DNA from: Gemmatimonadota bacterium
Lineage (GTDB): Bacteria; Gemmatimonadota; Gemmatimonadetes; Gemmatimonadales; GWC2-71-9
Direction of reading: 5' to 3'
NCBI GenBank assembly: GCA_039586875.1
Contig: JBDHJO010000004.1
Span: forward strand, 1 to 52,671
DNA: 52,671 nt
Below, one piece after another: positions 43,093 to 52,193 of this stretch. Position 1 is the stretch's first letter, and each line of letters opens with the position of its first letter. A program made the position numbers and the translations under genes. Under the pieces are notes generated by a model. It saw only the letters and a program-made list of their open reading frames with translations, searched no databases and was not told the origin of the DNA.

Positions 43093-43562
43093 TCCTGAGG
43101 AATGAGACGCGGTATGTGGTAGATCCGGACGAGCCTGTCGACGGGCAGGACGTCTCGCGCGTCCCGTCCGTCAACTTGGCACGAGGTACGGAATTGCAGC
43201 TCGAATGCGTATACGCAGCACTCCGGGAGTTGTAGCCCGCCGCACCGGAATCAGGGGCTAGCAGTCCGGTGCTGCCGTGCCCTCGGAGAGAGCGTCAATC
43301 GACCAGTCGCCCGTGGCGTGATCTGGACGTTCGGGAACCCGATTCCGATTCCGCTCGGGCGTCCCGTCGGAGGTGAGTAATCGTGGATCGAGGATTTGTC
43401 TGAGCTTCGCTGTCCGCACACCTACGCTCCCATACTCGGTGTCGAAAGGTCAATGGCAGCGAACAATGTAATCACGCTCGGTCACAAGTGTGTAACACCG
43501 TCGGTGCGGATTCATCACTGCGTCACGTCCGAGTGTCCGCGTGGCCCGACCACGGCCACCGC

Positions 43563-44819
43563 CTACTCGGGCACGCGCGCAACCACGGCCGATGTGTCCG
43601 CCGGACCCCGCCGAAGCGTGACAGCGACGCGGTCGCCGCGGGTCAGTGTCCACGTTGCAGGATCGAGCGTGGATGGAGTCACGAGATGCAGATAGTGACC
43701 GGTGGCATCGAGGGTATCGAGCGCCCTCACGTCTTGAAGATCTCCGATTTCATCCAGGACGAGGCCGGATCGCGCCACCGGATCTTCGTAGCGAAGTGCT
43801 ACATCAAGGTCCATCGGTGCTCCCCCTGGCACGACGACAACTCCCCCCCGGACCAGGAGATCCGCCGGCACCGACTCGTTGAACGGCAGCGTCTCGTACG
43901 GCTCGATGTCGATATCTCCGAACCGCTCGGCTGCAATCGCCTCGAGTGCGGTGAGAATGAGACGGGCGTTGAGTCGCCGCAGCTTCTGCTTCTCGGGATC
44001 GCCCGGCAGGGCCCCGCTCTCGATGAGGATGGTACTGGTACCCCACTGCTGGATGAGATCCCCGAACGCCCGCGGATTGAAGGTGTCATCGTACTTCGCC
44101 ACCCGACCCGGGATTGCGTCGGCGAGCCCGCGCGCCAAGATCGACGCCAGGGCGCGTGCGCGACTGCGCACCGGGCCGTAGGACCGTGCAGAGTCGGCTG
44201 CTGGGGCCAACAACGCAATTGCAACCTGTGCACCGTCAGCTCCTGCCGTGTTGCGAGCGCTCTGATCGTGGAGGTTGAACCCGAACGCCGGTTGTAGGCT
44301 ATCCCGCAACGCCTTGAGAACCCGTCCCTCGGGAGTGGCCAACCGCCTGGCGTCGCGATTGATATCCACCCCCACGGCATTGTGGCGACGGAAGACTTCC
44401 GCCCCGTCGGGGTTCAGCATTGGCAGCATGACGACTGTGAGTCGATCACGGATCGTCACCCGGAGCCCGTCGTCGGACTGCGCGAAGAAGCGCACGATGT
44501 CGGCGAGCGCCATCGTCGCCGTGGACTCGTCCCCGTGCATCTGCGACCACAGTAAGACGTGCGTCGGGCCGGTGCCGAAGGTCACTGCATGGATGGCGCG
44601 GCCCTGTACAGAGTGGCCGACGCTCGTGACCGTGACATCACCGACGCCATCGAACGGCAGCAACGCATTCCACAGGTGCGTGTGGGTGAAACGGCGCTCC
44701 GTGAACGACGCGAGGCGGTATGCGTCTACAACGCTGTCAGGTACGAGGGCACAACACGACGGTGCGTGGGGACTCGTCGCAACGATTGCCGGCAGGAGGA
44801 GAGACGCAATGGTAAGCAT
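43563..44819 (-). CDS. M14 family zinc carboxypeptidase
   Basis: Starting from MLTIASLLL. It has the zinc motif WSQMHGDEST, NPDG and DINRD. The listed 730-aa ORF extends antisense into the mutarotase gene. Confidence 0.85.
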   Translation of the reverse strand: MLTIASLLLPAIVATSPHAPSCCALVPDSVVDAYRLASFTERRFTHTHLWNALLPFDGVGDVTVTSVGHSVQGRAIHAVTFGTGPTHVLLWSQMHGDESTATMALADIVRFFAQSDDGLRVTIRDRLTVVMLPMLNPDGAEVFRRHNAVGVDINRDARRLATPEGRVLKALRDSLQPAFGFNLHDQSARNTAGADGAQVAIALLAPAADSARSYGPVRSRARALASILARGLADAIPGRVAKYDDTFNPRAFGDLIQQWGTSTILIESGALPGDPEKQKLRRLNARLILTALEAIAAERFGDIDIEPYETLPFNESVPADLLVRGGVVVVPGGAPMDLDVALRYEDPVARSGLVLDEIGDLQDVRALDTLDATGHYLHLVTPSTLDPATWTLTRGDRVAVTLRRGPADTSAVVARVPE

Positions 44820-44996
44820 CGGCGCTTCGAACACGTGGAGGGTTGCAGGCTGTCGGTGACGTGCACAGCCTGCAACGTGAGGTCCCGGCCCCGGACGAGC
44901 AAGCCCACCACACGGACCGCCTATGGTCTCTTGGTGGCCAATCGTCCACGTTGCAGGGTACAGAGGCCTCCCGACGGGGAGAAAGGAGTGTCCCAC

Positions 44997-46058
44997 ATGG
45001 ACGTCAGACAGTTCGGGTACGGGGCGTTGCTCGATGGAACGCCCGTCGATGCCTTCACGGTTCGCAATACAAACGGGATGGCATTCACCGCCATAACGTA
45101 CGGAGGGATCGTCGTCTCGATCGAGACCCCCGATCGTCGAGGAGCGACGGCCGATGTCGTACTCGGGTTCGGCGATCTGGCCGGATACCTGGGCGACCAT
45201 CCGTACGTCGGAGCCATCGTCGGTCGCTACGCCAACCGGATCGCCAAGGGGATGTTCACACTCGACGGCACCGCCTACACGCTCGCAACGAACAATCCCC
45301 CGAACCACCTGCACGGCGGGAACCAGGGCTTCGATGCCGTCATATGGAATGCCGAACCGATCCGCGGGGTGGACAGCTCGGGTGTGACCCTGCGCTACAC
45401 AAGCCCAGACGGGGACGAGGGATACCCGGGCAATCTCGCGGTGACCGTGGCCTACACGCTCACGAACGACAATGCGCTGACCATGGACTATCATGCGCAC
45501 ACCGACGCACCGACGCCGGTGAACCTCACCCAACACACGTACTTCAACCTGTCCGGTGACCCGACCCGCGATGTCTTGGATCACGTCGTTTGCATCGATG
45601 CCGATCGATTCACGCCCGTGGACAGCACACTCGTTCCGACCGGCGCCCTGGCGTCGGTTGCCGGCACCCCGTTCGATTTCACGACACCACATTCGATCGG
45701 AGCGCGGATCGCGGACGACCACGAACAGCTGCAATACGGCAGCGGTTACGACCACAACTTCGTGCTGGGGATAGGCAAGACACCACTCGAGCGTGCGGCG
45801 TTCATCGAGGAACCGTCATCCGGTCGCACCCTAGAGGTCTCCACCACCGAGCCTGGTGTGCAGTTCTACACCGGCAACTTCCTGGATGGGAGCCTCATCG
45901 GTAAGGGTGGTCGGCCCTACCCACGACGCTCCGGCTTCTGCCTCGAAACGCAACACTTCCCGGACTCCCCGAACCACCCGGCCTTCCCGAGTACTATCCT
46001 CCGGCCCGGTGAAGAATACCGCTCTCGCACGGTGTGGCGCTTCGGGATCACCCCATAA
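44997..46058 (+). CDS. aldose 1-epimerase (galactose mutarotase)
   Basis: The ATG lies 8 nt after AAAGGAG. GRYANRIA, NHLHGG, YDHNF and FCLETQHFPDSPN blocks are present. Confidence 0.9.
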   Translation: MDVRQFGYGALLDGTPVDAFTVRNTNGMAFTAITYGGIVVSIETPDRRGATADVVLGFGDLAGYLGDHPYVGAIVGRYANRIAKGMFTLDGTAYTLATNNPPNHLHGGNQGFDAVIWNAEPIRGVDSSGVTLRYTSPDGDEGYPGNLAVTVAYTLTNDNALTMDYHAHTDAPTPVNLTQHTYFNLSGDPTRDVLDHVVCIDADRFTPVDSTLVPTGALASVAGTPFDFTTPHSIGARIADDHEQLQYGSGYDHNFVLGIGKTPLERAAFIEEPSSGRTLEVSTTEPGVQFYTGNFLDGSLIGKGGRPYPRRSGFCLETQHFPDSPNHPAFPSTILRPGEEYRSRTVWRFGITP

Positions 46059-46211
46059 ACCCGCGGGATTGCTGACGTTCTCGACCTGGACGGAACACCC
46101 ACGATCTCGCGGGGTCGGAAAACACGAGGCGCGTATTCGGGATCGGCACATATCGTGCAACGCCAGATATCACGAGGTCTTGCGTCACCACCTTTGCCAG
46201 AAGGAGGGACC

Positions 46212-46925
46212 ATGATCGCTCCAACCGTGCACCGCCAGCTGCGTCGCGCCGATGTCCAGGAACTCATCTCGGCGATTGGGCGCACGGACCAGAGAGCGGC
46301 CGGCGAGGCAGCCGCGGCCCTCGAGCGCGGCGATGTGGACACCGTCCTCGACACGCCCGCCGCGGCCGAAGCCGTGCGCGGCCACGGTGGCGCCCCCGCT
46401 CCGGTGTCGCTTCTGCTGCTCTGGTACGTGCCCGTACGGGCGGAATTGCTCGCCCGTCACGAATCGAACATCCCGGTAGCCGACTTTACGGCATCGGTCC
46501 CGCTTTTCTTCACCCGGGCGCGAAGGCGAAGCGCGCAGTTTACGAACACCTACCTGACCGATTGGGTTCGCACCGTCGAGTCACTGCCGCGCGGCACCAC
46601 GGGGCGAGCCGAGGCGGCGTCGCGGTGTGCGGCGCGGGCGCTGTGGTGGGCAGGCTGCTTCCCGACACACCTGGAGGAGCGCTACGGCGCGGGCGCACGC
46701 AAAGCGTTTCTAACGCTCGCAGCATCGATGCTCCGGGAAGCATCGCGTATTATCGGCAGCAAGGCACCCGACCTCGCCGAGTTGTACGCGCGCGTCGCGG
46801 GCGAGGTTGATTTGCTCGGTGACGCGCTGCACACCGTCGCTGTGGGCTATCTGGGCAAGGACGCACACTCGGCACGTGGCCGGCTCGATCGGTATCTCGC
46901 GCGTCTCCGGGAAACGGCGGCGTAG
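46212..46925 (+). CDS. hypothetical protein (Ala/Arg-rich, all-helical look)
   Basis: The ATG follows AAGGAGG (46201-46207). Codon usage is GC3-rich. I recognise no family. Confidence 0.5.
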   Translation: MIAPTVHRQLRRADVQELISAIGRTDQRAAGEAAAALERGDVDTVLDTPAAAEAVRGHGGAPAPVSLLLLWYVPVRAELLARHESNIPVADFTASVPLFFTRARRRSAQFTNTYLTDWVRTVESLPRGTTGRAEAASRCAARALWWAGCFPTHLEERYGAGARKAFLTLAASMLREASRIIGSKAPDLAELYARVAGEVDLLGDALHTVAVGYLGKDAHSARGRLDRYLARLRETAA

Positions 46926-46998
46926 CGGGCTGTCGGGACGCCACGGCAATCCCCGTGGGGCGTAGAGTGCGCTGGCGCGCTGTGCGCCCCACACCACA

Positions 46999-47529
46999 TC
47001 ACTCCCTCGGCTCGTACCGGCCGTCGAACCACACCTGCCACGCTCCGGTGGCAGGATCCTGCTGTTCAAAGAACTGCCGTACCGTTCCGTCAGCGTTGGG
47101 CGTCCAGGTGCCACGAAAGGGAAGCGACTGTTTGCGCGCGTAGGTGTGTATCTCGCCGACCAGCACCATCGACCCGCTCTCGTCCACCCCCCCTTCGATG
47201 TCGATGGAATACCCGTTCGCGATCCATACCTGCCGCCACTGTTCGGTCACCGCGTCGTAGTAATTGACCGACATGCCCGTGCCACCGCTGGCCGACGTCC
47301 ACCGCTCCACCAGCACACAGCCCGACTCCTGCGCTTCGATGCGATTCCGGCCAGCGAGGTTGCCGTTGGCGTTGTTGTACACGTCCCATTCACCAATCCA
47401 GAAATCGAAGGCGCGAAATGCCGGGTCGTCTTGGCAGATCGCGGACGACTCTTGGACCTGACCTACCAGGCTACAAGGCGTCAACGCGAGCAGGGCCAGC
47501 GCCGGCGTCACCAACCGTAGTTGCAGCAT
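46999..47529 (-). CDS. secreted hypothetical protein
   Basis: Starting from MLQLRLVTPALALLALTPCSLVG (signal peptide). The mature part has an FDFWIGEWDV motif. No confident family. Confidence 0.6.
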   Translation of the reverse strand: MLQLRLVTPALALLALTPCSLVGQVQESSAICQDDPAFRAFDFWIGEWDVYNNANGNLAGRNRIEAQESGCVLVERWTSASGGTGMSVNYYDAVTEQWRQVWIANGYSIDIEGGVDESGSMVLVGEIHTYARKQSLPFRGTWTPNADGTVRQFFEQQDPATGAWQVWFDGRYEPRE

Positions 47530-47793
47530 ACATGTTCCCTTCGGTGTGCCTGACGGGGTGCGTACAGTTGCCGAGGCGTCGGCAACAAGGGGTTGCGGGC
47601 GTGTTACCCCAACTTCTCGTGCAGCCGAGGGGAAGGCAAATCTCGAGCGTCCCTGGCGTCTTTTGGTTCCTCGCGTTGGCACGTGGACTGAGGGGTGCGC
47701 CCGGCAGTGCACGTTTCCCTGGCTCCCGGCGTCGCGTTACCCCATCTTTCGGGCAAGAGTCTGCCTTCCGGGCGAGATGCACCCGGAGGCATC

Positions 47794-48531
47794 ATGACCG
47801 TTGGAGTCACAATGACCACACCACAGGGTGCTATTCCCGACCTCACGATCGAGACGCTGTCCCGCAGCTTCTTCAAGGAATCCGTCAACTACGGATTCAC
47901 GCAGATGGACTACGTGCGTTTCGTGAACCGCCTTCTCGATCTGTCCATGAATCAGACCGGCGATGGAACGTCAGGCCAGGAAGATTCCGCCGCCGTCGAC
48001 GTGGCTGCGCCGCGCGAGCCAGCCACACTGCCGCTCATGGGTCCCAACATCCGCGTTCGAGCATTTGCCGAGGCCGACGATCTCATGCGTCTCGAGCAGT
48101 GGATCGCCGAGGCGGGCGGGCGGTACTTCTTGCTCTCCCGCACCACTTCGCGCGCGATGAGCGTTGCCGACCTGGTGCACAGCGACGGCAGCGTTCTCGG
48201 GGTGATCACGCTGCCGGACGGCACGCCCATCGGGTGCGTGGCGTTTCTCGATTACGACGCTGACCAGCGAAAGGCCGAACTTCGCAAGCTCGTCGGCGAT
48301 CCGGCGCAGCGTGGCAAAGGGTACGGGAAAGAAGCGTCAGCACTGTGGATCCGGTATGGACTCACGACGCTTGGCCTCAAGAAGATCTATCTCAACACCC
48401 TTGAAACCAACATCCACAACGTTCACCTGAACGAAGAGCTCGGCTTCCGCGTCGAGGGCATCCTGCGCAACGAATTGTTGATCGACGGGGAGTACCGCGA
48501 TGTCCTGCGTATGGGGTTGTGGAGCGAATGA
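47794..48531 (+). CDS. GNAT (RimJ/RimL-like) N-acetyltransferase with an N-terminal ~90-aa extension
   Basis: The ATG follows GGAGG. KLVGDPAQRGKGYGKEA is motif A, and a typical C-terminal ...DVLRMGLW is present. Confidence 0.75.
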   Translation: MTVGVTMTTPQGAIPDLTIETLSRSFFKESVNYGFTQMDYVRFVNRLLDLSMNQTGDGTSGQEDSAAVDVAAPREPATLPLMGPNIRVRAFAEADDLMRLEQWIAEAGGRYFLLSRTTSRAMSVADLVHSDGSVLGVITLPDGTPIGCVAFLDYDADQRKAELRKLVGDPAQRGKGYGKEASALWIRYGLTTLGLKKIYLNTLETNIHNVHLNEELGFRVEGILRNELLIDGEYRDVLRMGLWSE

Positions 48532-48559
48532 GGTGTCGTGATCGGGTCCTACGTCCCGG

Positions 48560-50959
48560 TCATCGTACGGCGTCCACGCTCGTTTTGACATCTCCGGCGA
48601 GCGGTGCCGTGGTCATCGGAAGCGCCGTCGGGAACTGATCCCCGAGTTCCCTCCGCAGGTTCATCTTGCGCATCACGGCCTCGAACTCGGGATCGCCATG
48701 AAATGCGTCGTAGCCCTCGCGCGCGACGACCCACGCCATCCACGCATGCGCCGGCTCGTAGTCCATCCAACGTAGCGCCTGTTCACGGTTGCCAAGCGCT
48801 GTGTGGATCCGTGCGAGTGCGTGGGCATTCCACGCACTGGGTGGTTGTGCTTCAAACTGCGCCAGAATAGGTCGCGCTTCGTCAGACCGCCCAGCGCGTA
48901 CATAGGTGATTGCGAGCGCGGACGACCATCGCGGGAAGACGTCGGCCAACTTCTGATGCACCTCAATGGCTTCTTCGTGCTGCCCCAGATGCGACAACGT
49001 TTCGCCCAGGACGTAGTGCGCGATCACGCCCGGGCTGTACCGCTCCACATTCTCCCGCGCCAGCGGGAGCGCACGCTCGTACTGCCCTGAACCAAAGTGC
49101 ACGGCGGGCAACCACGTCGTGTGGAGCGGGGTCAGTGGATCCAGTTCCTGTGCGCGGCGATGTTCAGCGAGCGCCTCCTCGATGCGACCGAACACCACCA
49201 GGTACCAGGCGTAGTGGTAGTGGTTCATCGCCAGGCTGGGATTGAGCTCGTTGGCTCGCCGGAACGCCCGCTCCGCCCCGGCCCAGTCACGCTCGGCGTA
49301 GGTCTTATAGTCGGCCAGCGCCGCCCACGCCTCGGCGAGTGTTGAGTCGAGGCGGAGCGCGCGCTCCGCCGCAGCCCGAGTTCTCGGCCACGCGTCGTCC
49401 GGCGGGTCGAACCCGTGACCGAGTGTCGCGTAGGCGAGAGCCAAGCCGGCGTACGCGAGGGGATCGGCGGGGTTGCGCTCGACGGCTTCGGCGAAGTACT
49501 CGATGGCGGTGTCGGCTGCCGCGCGTGTGGTGCGGTTGTTCAGCACGTGCATCCCGCGGAGATAGGCCTCGTACACATCGGGATTCACGGGCCGACTCTC
49601 ACTGAGGGCCGCCTCGTCCTCAGCAGTAAGCTGCCATTCGATCTTCTCGGCAATGGCACGCGCAAACCCTCGGTAAAGCGCCACGACATTCGACAGCACG
49701 CCGTCGAACGAAGCCGCCCACAGTTGCTCCCCTCCGTCGTCGTAGAGCCGTGCGGTGATCTCGAGACTATCGCCATCCCTGAAGACGGAGCCTTCGAGGA
49801 CACCGTCCACCCGCAGCTGGCTGGCGATGTCCGGGAGCGGCTGATCAGTGTCTCGGAACTGTGCCATCGTTGCCCGAGCCGTAACCGACAACCCGAGTTG
49901 GCCGAGCTCGGCGATCAGGGCCTCGTGCACCCCCTCCACCAGGTATGCCTGCTCGGGATCGTTCGTGAGATCGACGAGCGGCAGCACGGCAAGGCGTTCG
50001 ACCGTCGCATGGGTGGCGAGCGTGGCGAGACTCCATACGCCCAGCGCAACGACCGCGGTCACTGCCGCGCCGGCCGCCGCCCAGCGCCGGCGTCCACGAT
50101 GTCGTACCCGGGCCACGACGGTCCCGGTCGTCAAGGCTGCCGAAAACTCGTTCACTGTCGCGAAGCGGTCGTTCGGGTCCTTCGCCAGTGCCCGCTCCAC
50201 CGCCCGCTCCACGAACAAGGGGATCGCCGGGTCGCTCGTCCGGAGATGGGGAACCGGGTCCGTCGAGTGCTTCGCCAGCAGTTCCTGAGGCGTTGTCCCC
50301 TCGAAAGGCGGATGGCCACCGACCATCTCGTACACCACGCAGCCCAGGGCATACACATCTGTGCGCGAGTCGACCGCTGCGGCACCGCTCCATTGCTCGG
50401 GACTCATGTACGCAGGCGTGCCCACGGCGAGCCCCGTGCCCGTCAGGCGCTCGCCGCCCGCCGCCTCCACGGCCCGTGCGATCCCGAAGTCGGCTACAAT
50501 CGCCTGATCGCCGGCCAGCATGATGTTCTCGGGTTTTATGTCCCGGTGAACGACGCCACGCTCGTGCGCATAGGCCAAGGCCGACGACACCTGGTCGGTC
50601 AGCTTGACCGTCTCCGCAACGGTGAGCTTCCCGGCCCGCACCAACCGATCGCGAAGGGATTCGCCCTCGACGTAGGGCATCATGTAGTAGAGGAGCCCGT
50701 CGGCTTCCCCGGAATCGAAGAGCGGCAGGATATGGGGATGGGAAAGCTGCGCCGCAATCTCGATCTCGCGCACAAACCGGTCGGCGCCGAGGCTCGCAGC
50801 AAGCGCCGGACGCAGTACCTTGATCGCGACGCGCCGCCGATGTTTCACATCCTGGGCCAGGTACACGGTGGCCATACCCCCGCTGCCCAGTTCCCGCTCG
50901 ACGGTGTACCGGTCTCCGAGGGCTTCAGCCAATGCTCGCTGTTGGGGCACCGCGGTCAT
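48560..50959 (-). CDS. Ser/Thr protein kinase with one TM helix, a periplasmic-type domain and TPR repeats
   Basis: GSGGMATVY, HRDIKPENIM, DFGIA and SPEQ are present. The TM helix is AAAGAAVTAVVALGVWSLA. C-terminal TPR repeats follow. The ATG at 50959 is preferred (AGGGGA RBS). An alternative start is at 50998. Confidence 0.9.
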   Translation of the reverse strand: MTAVPQQRALAEALGDRYTVERELGSGGMATVYLAQDVKHRRRVAIKVLRPALAASLGADRFVREIEIAAQLSHPHILPLFDSGEADGLLYYMMPYVEGESLRDRLVRAGKLTVAETVKLTDQVSSALAYAHERGVVHRDIKPENIMLAGDQAIVADFGIARAVEAAGGERLTGTGLAVGTPAYMSPEQWSGAAAVDSRTDVYALGCVVYEMVGGHPPFEGTTPQELLAKHSTDPVPHLRTSDPAIPLFVERAVERALAKDPNDRFATVNEFSAALTTGTVVARVRHRGRRRWAAAGAAVTAVVALGVWSLATLATHATVERLAVLPLVDLTNDPEQAYLVEGVHEALIAELGQLGLSVTARATMAQFRDTDQPLPDIASQLRVDGVLEGSVFRDGDSLEITARLYDDGGEQLWAASFDGVLSNVVALYRGFARAIAEKIEWQLTAEDEAALSESRPVNPDVYEAYLRGMHVLNNRTTRAAADTAIEYFAEAVERNPADPLAYAGLALAYATLGHGFDPPDDAWPRTRAAAERALRLDSTLAEAWAALADYKTYAERDWAGAERAFRRANELNPSLAMNHYHYAWYLVVFGRIEEALAEHRRAQELDPLTPLHTTWLPAVHFGSGQYERALPLARENVERYSPGVIAHYVLGETLSHLGQHEEAIEVHQKLADVFPRWSSALAITYVRAGRSDEARPILAQFEAQPPSAWNAHALARIHTALGNREQALRWMDYEPAHAWMAWVVAREGYDAFHGDPEFEAVMRKMNLRRELGDQFPTALPMTTAPLAGDVKTSVDAVR

Positions 50960-51019
50960 GGTCGTTCCCCTACCCACCCTTTCGGCATGTCGATCCACGC
51001 TCGCTGTTGCGCCGCACCT

Positions 51020-51487
51020 CTACATGTCGCCGTACGGCATTGCCGGCGTGTGACCGCGCAGACGCGCGTACACCGTCAAGGCACCGCGATGGTGTGCCGT
51101 GTGATCCTGGTAGATCGCGAGGCGCGGGGCACCACCCATCACCGGGCCGTCCGGCAGTGCGGTGACGAGTTCCATCGGACTCAGGCCCTGGGTCCTTTCA
51201 ATGGCCGAACCGAACGCTCGGTCCACCCACGCACGAGCATCGGTCAGCGAATCGACCGCCGCCACTTCGGCACCCATCCGCTCGAAGTCGAGGTCGAACC
51301 CCTCCGGCCGGGACGCACCCTCCATGAACCAGTCCACGGTCTGTGCAACGTGTGCGACCACTTGGGCCGTCGTCATGGCACCGTCGAACGGTGCGAAGGT
51401 GGAGTCGTCCTCCACCAGGCAGCGCGTCGACCGGTCGAACCATTCCTTCGTATCCCGCAGCATCTGCACAAACGAGTTGGAATCCAT
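51020..51487 (-). CDS. DinB-family protein
   Basis: The ATG lies 6 nt after GGGAGGAG. It looks like a four-helix protein with His residues placed as in DinB/YfiT (HVAQTVDW ... DHTAHHRG). Confidence 0.8.
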   Translation of the reverse strand: MDSNSFVQMLRDTKEWFDRSTRCLVEDDSTFAPFDGAMTTAQVVAHVAQTVDWFMEGASRPEGFDLDFERMGAEVAAVDSLTDARAWVDRAFGSAIERTQGLSPMELVTALPDGPVMGGAPRLAIYQDHTAHHRGALTVYARLRGHTPAMPYGDM

Positions 51488-51686
51488 CGTTGGCTCCTCC
51501 CGTACAGCAACACCCCACTTGTCGACCATCCGCATCGGCAGGTTCTGCAACCTCTGCGAATGTGCCGAACTCAGGGCACTCTCGCAAAGGGATGTACGAG
51601 AGTCGGAAATCGAGGTCGCGCTATTGTGCCGAGAACTCGGCGAGCCCTCCGTGGCGGCGTCCTGTCAGCAGCGCGCTCGGCGGAGG

Positions 51687-51872
51687 TTAGCCCTGGTGGG
51701 ACGATGCCGACGCTGCAGGGTCTGCCTGCGGGTCGGAGGATTCTTCGGACTCCGACGGTGTGTGGGGATAGCGCACCGATACCACCTTGGGGTCCCGCTT
51801 CTTCCCCTTGCCGATCTTTGCTTCAGCCACGAGCGTCTGCCCGAGGATATGCCGCAGCTTGTCCGTTCGCAC
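51687..51872 (-). CDS. small hypothetical protein (61 aa), weakly supported
   Basis: The GTG lies 5 nt after AGGAG. It has a Lys-rich core and an acidic Ser/Pro tail. No family is recognised, and it lies in a lower-GC intergenic stretch. Confidence 0.3.
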   Translation of the reverse strand: MRTDKLRHILGQTLVAEAKIGKGKKRDPKVVSVRYPHTPSESEESSDPQADPAASASSHQG

Positions 51873-52007
51873 ACGATCTCCTGTTTCGGTCACCAAGCCC
51901 TACGGAATCTGACCGCTCACCGTCAGTTGACCGTTAGACAGGACCCCGCAAGTGCGCTTCGTGTGACATTTTGTCCCACTCACGGTGGCTCACAAGGCTG
52001 CGGCGTA

Positions 52008-52040
52008 CCCCGAACTCGTGGTTACTGAACGAGTTCGGGG
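52008..52040. terminator. 11-bp perfect hairpin
   Basis: CCCCGAACTCG-tggttactgaa-CGAGTTCGGGG. It is followed by TTT on the plus strand and preceded by AAA when read on the minus strand. It lies about 150 nt downstream of the minus-strand gene ending at 52194. Confidence 0.45.
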
Positions 52041-52193
52041 TTTGGGGATGTGCGGAAGTGTGCCGGAGTGGGCAGCACCGTTCGAGAACGTGCGAAACCC
52101 GATTGCCACCGCACCGTTGTCACCCATGCGGCCCTGATATCACGGGTGCCGCCGAAAACATCATGCCGACGACACCCTCACCTGGTGGCTGCG

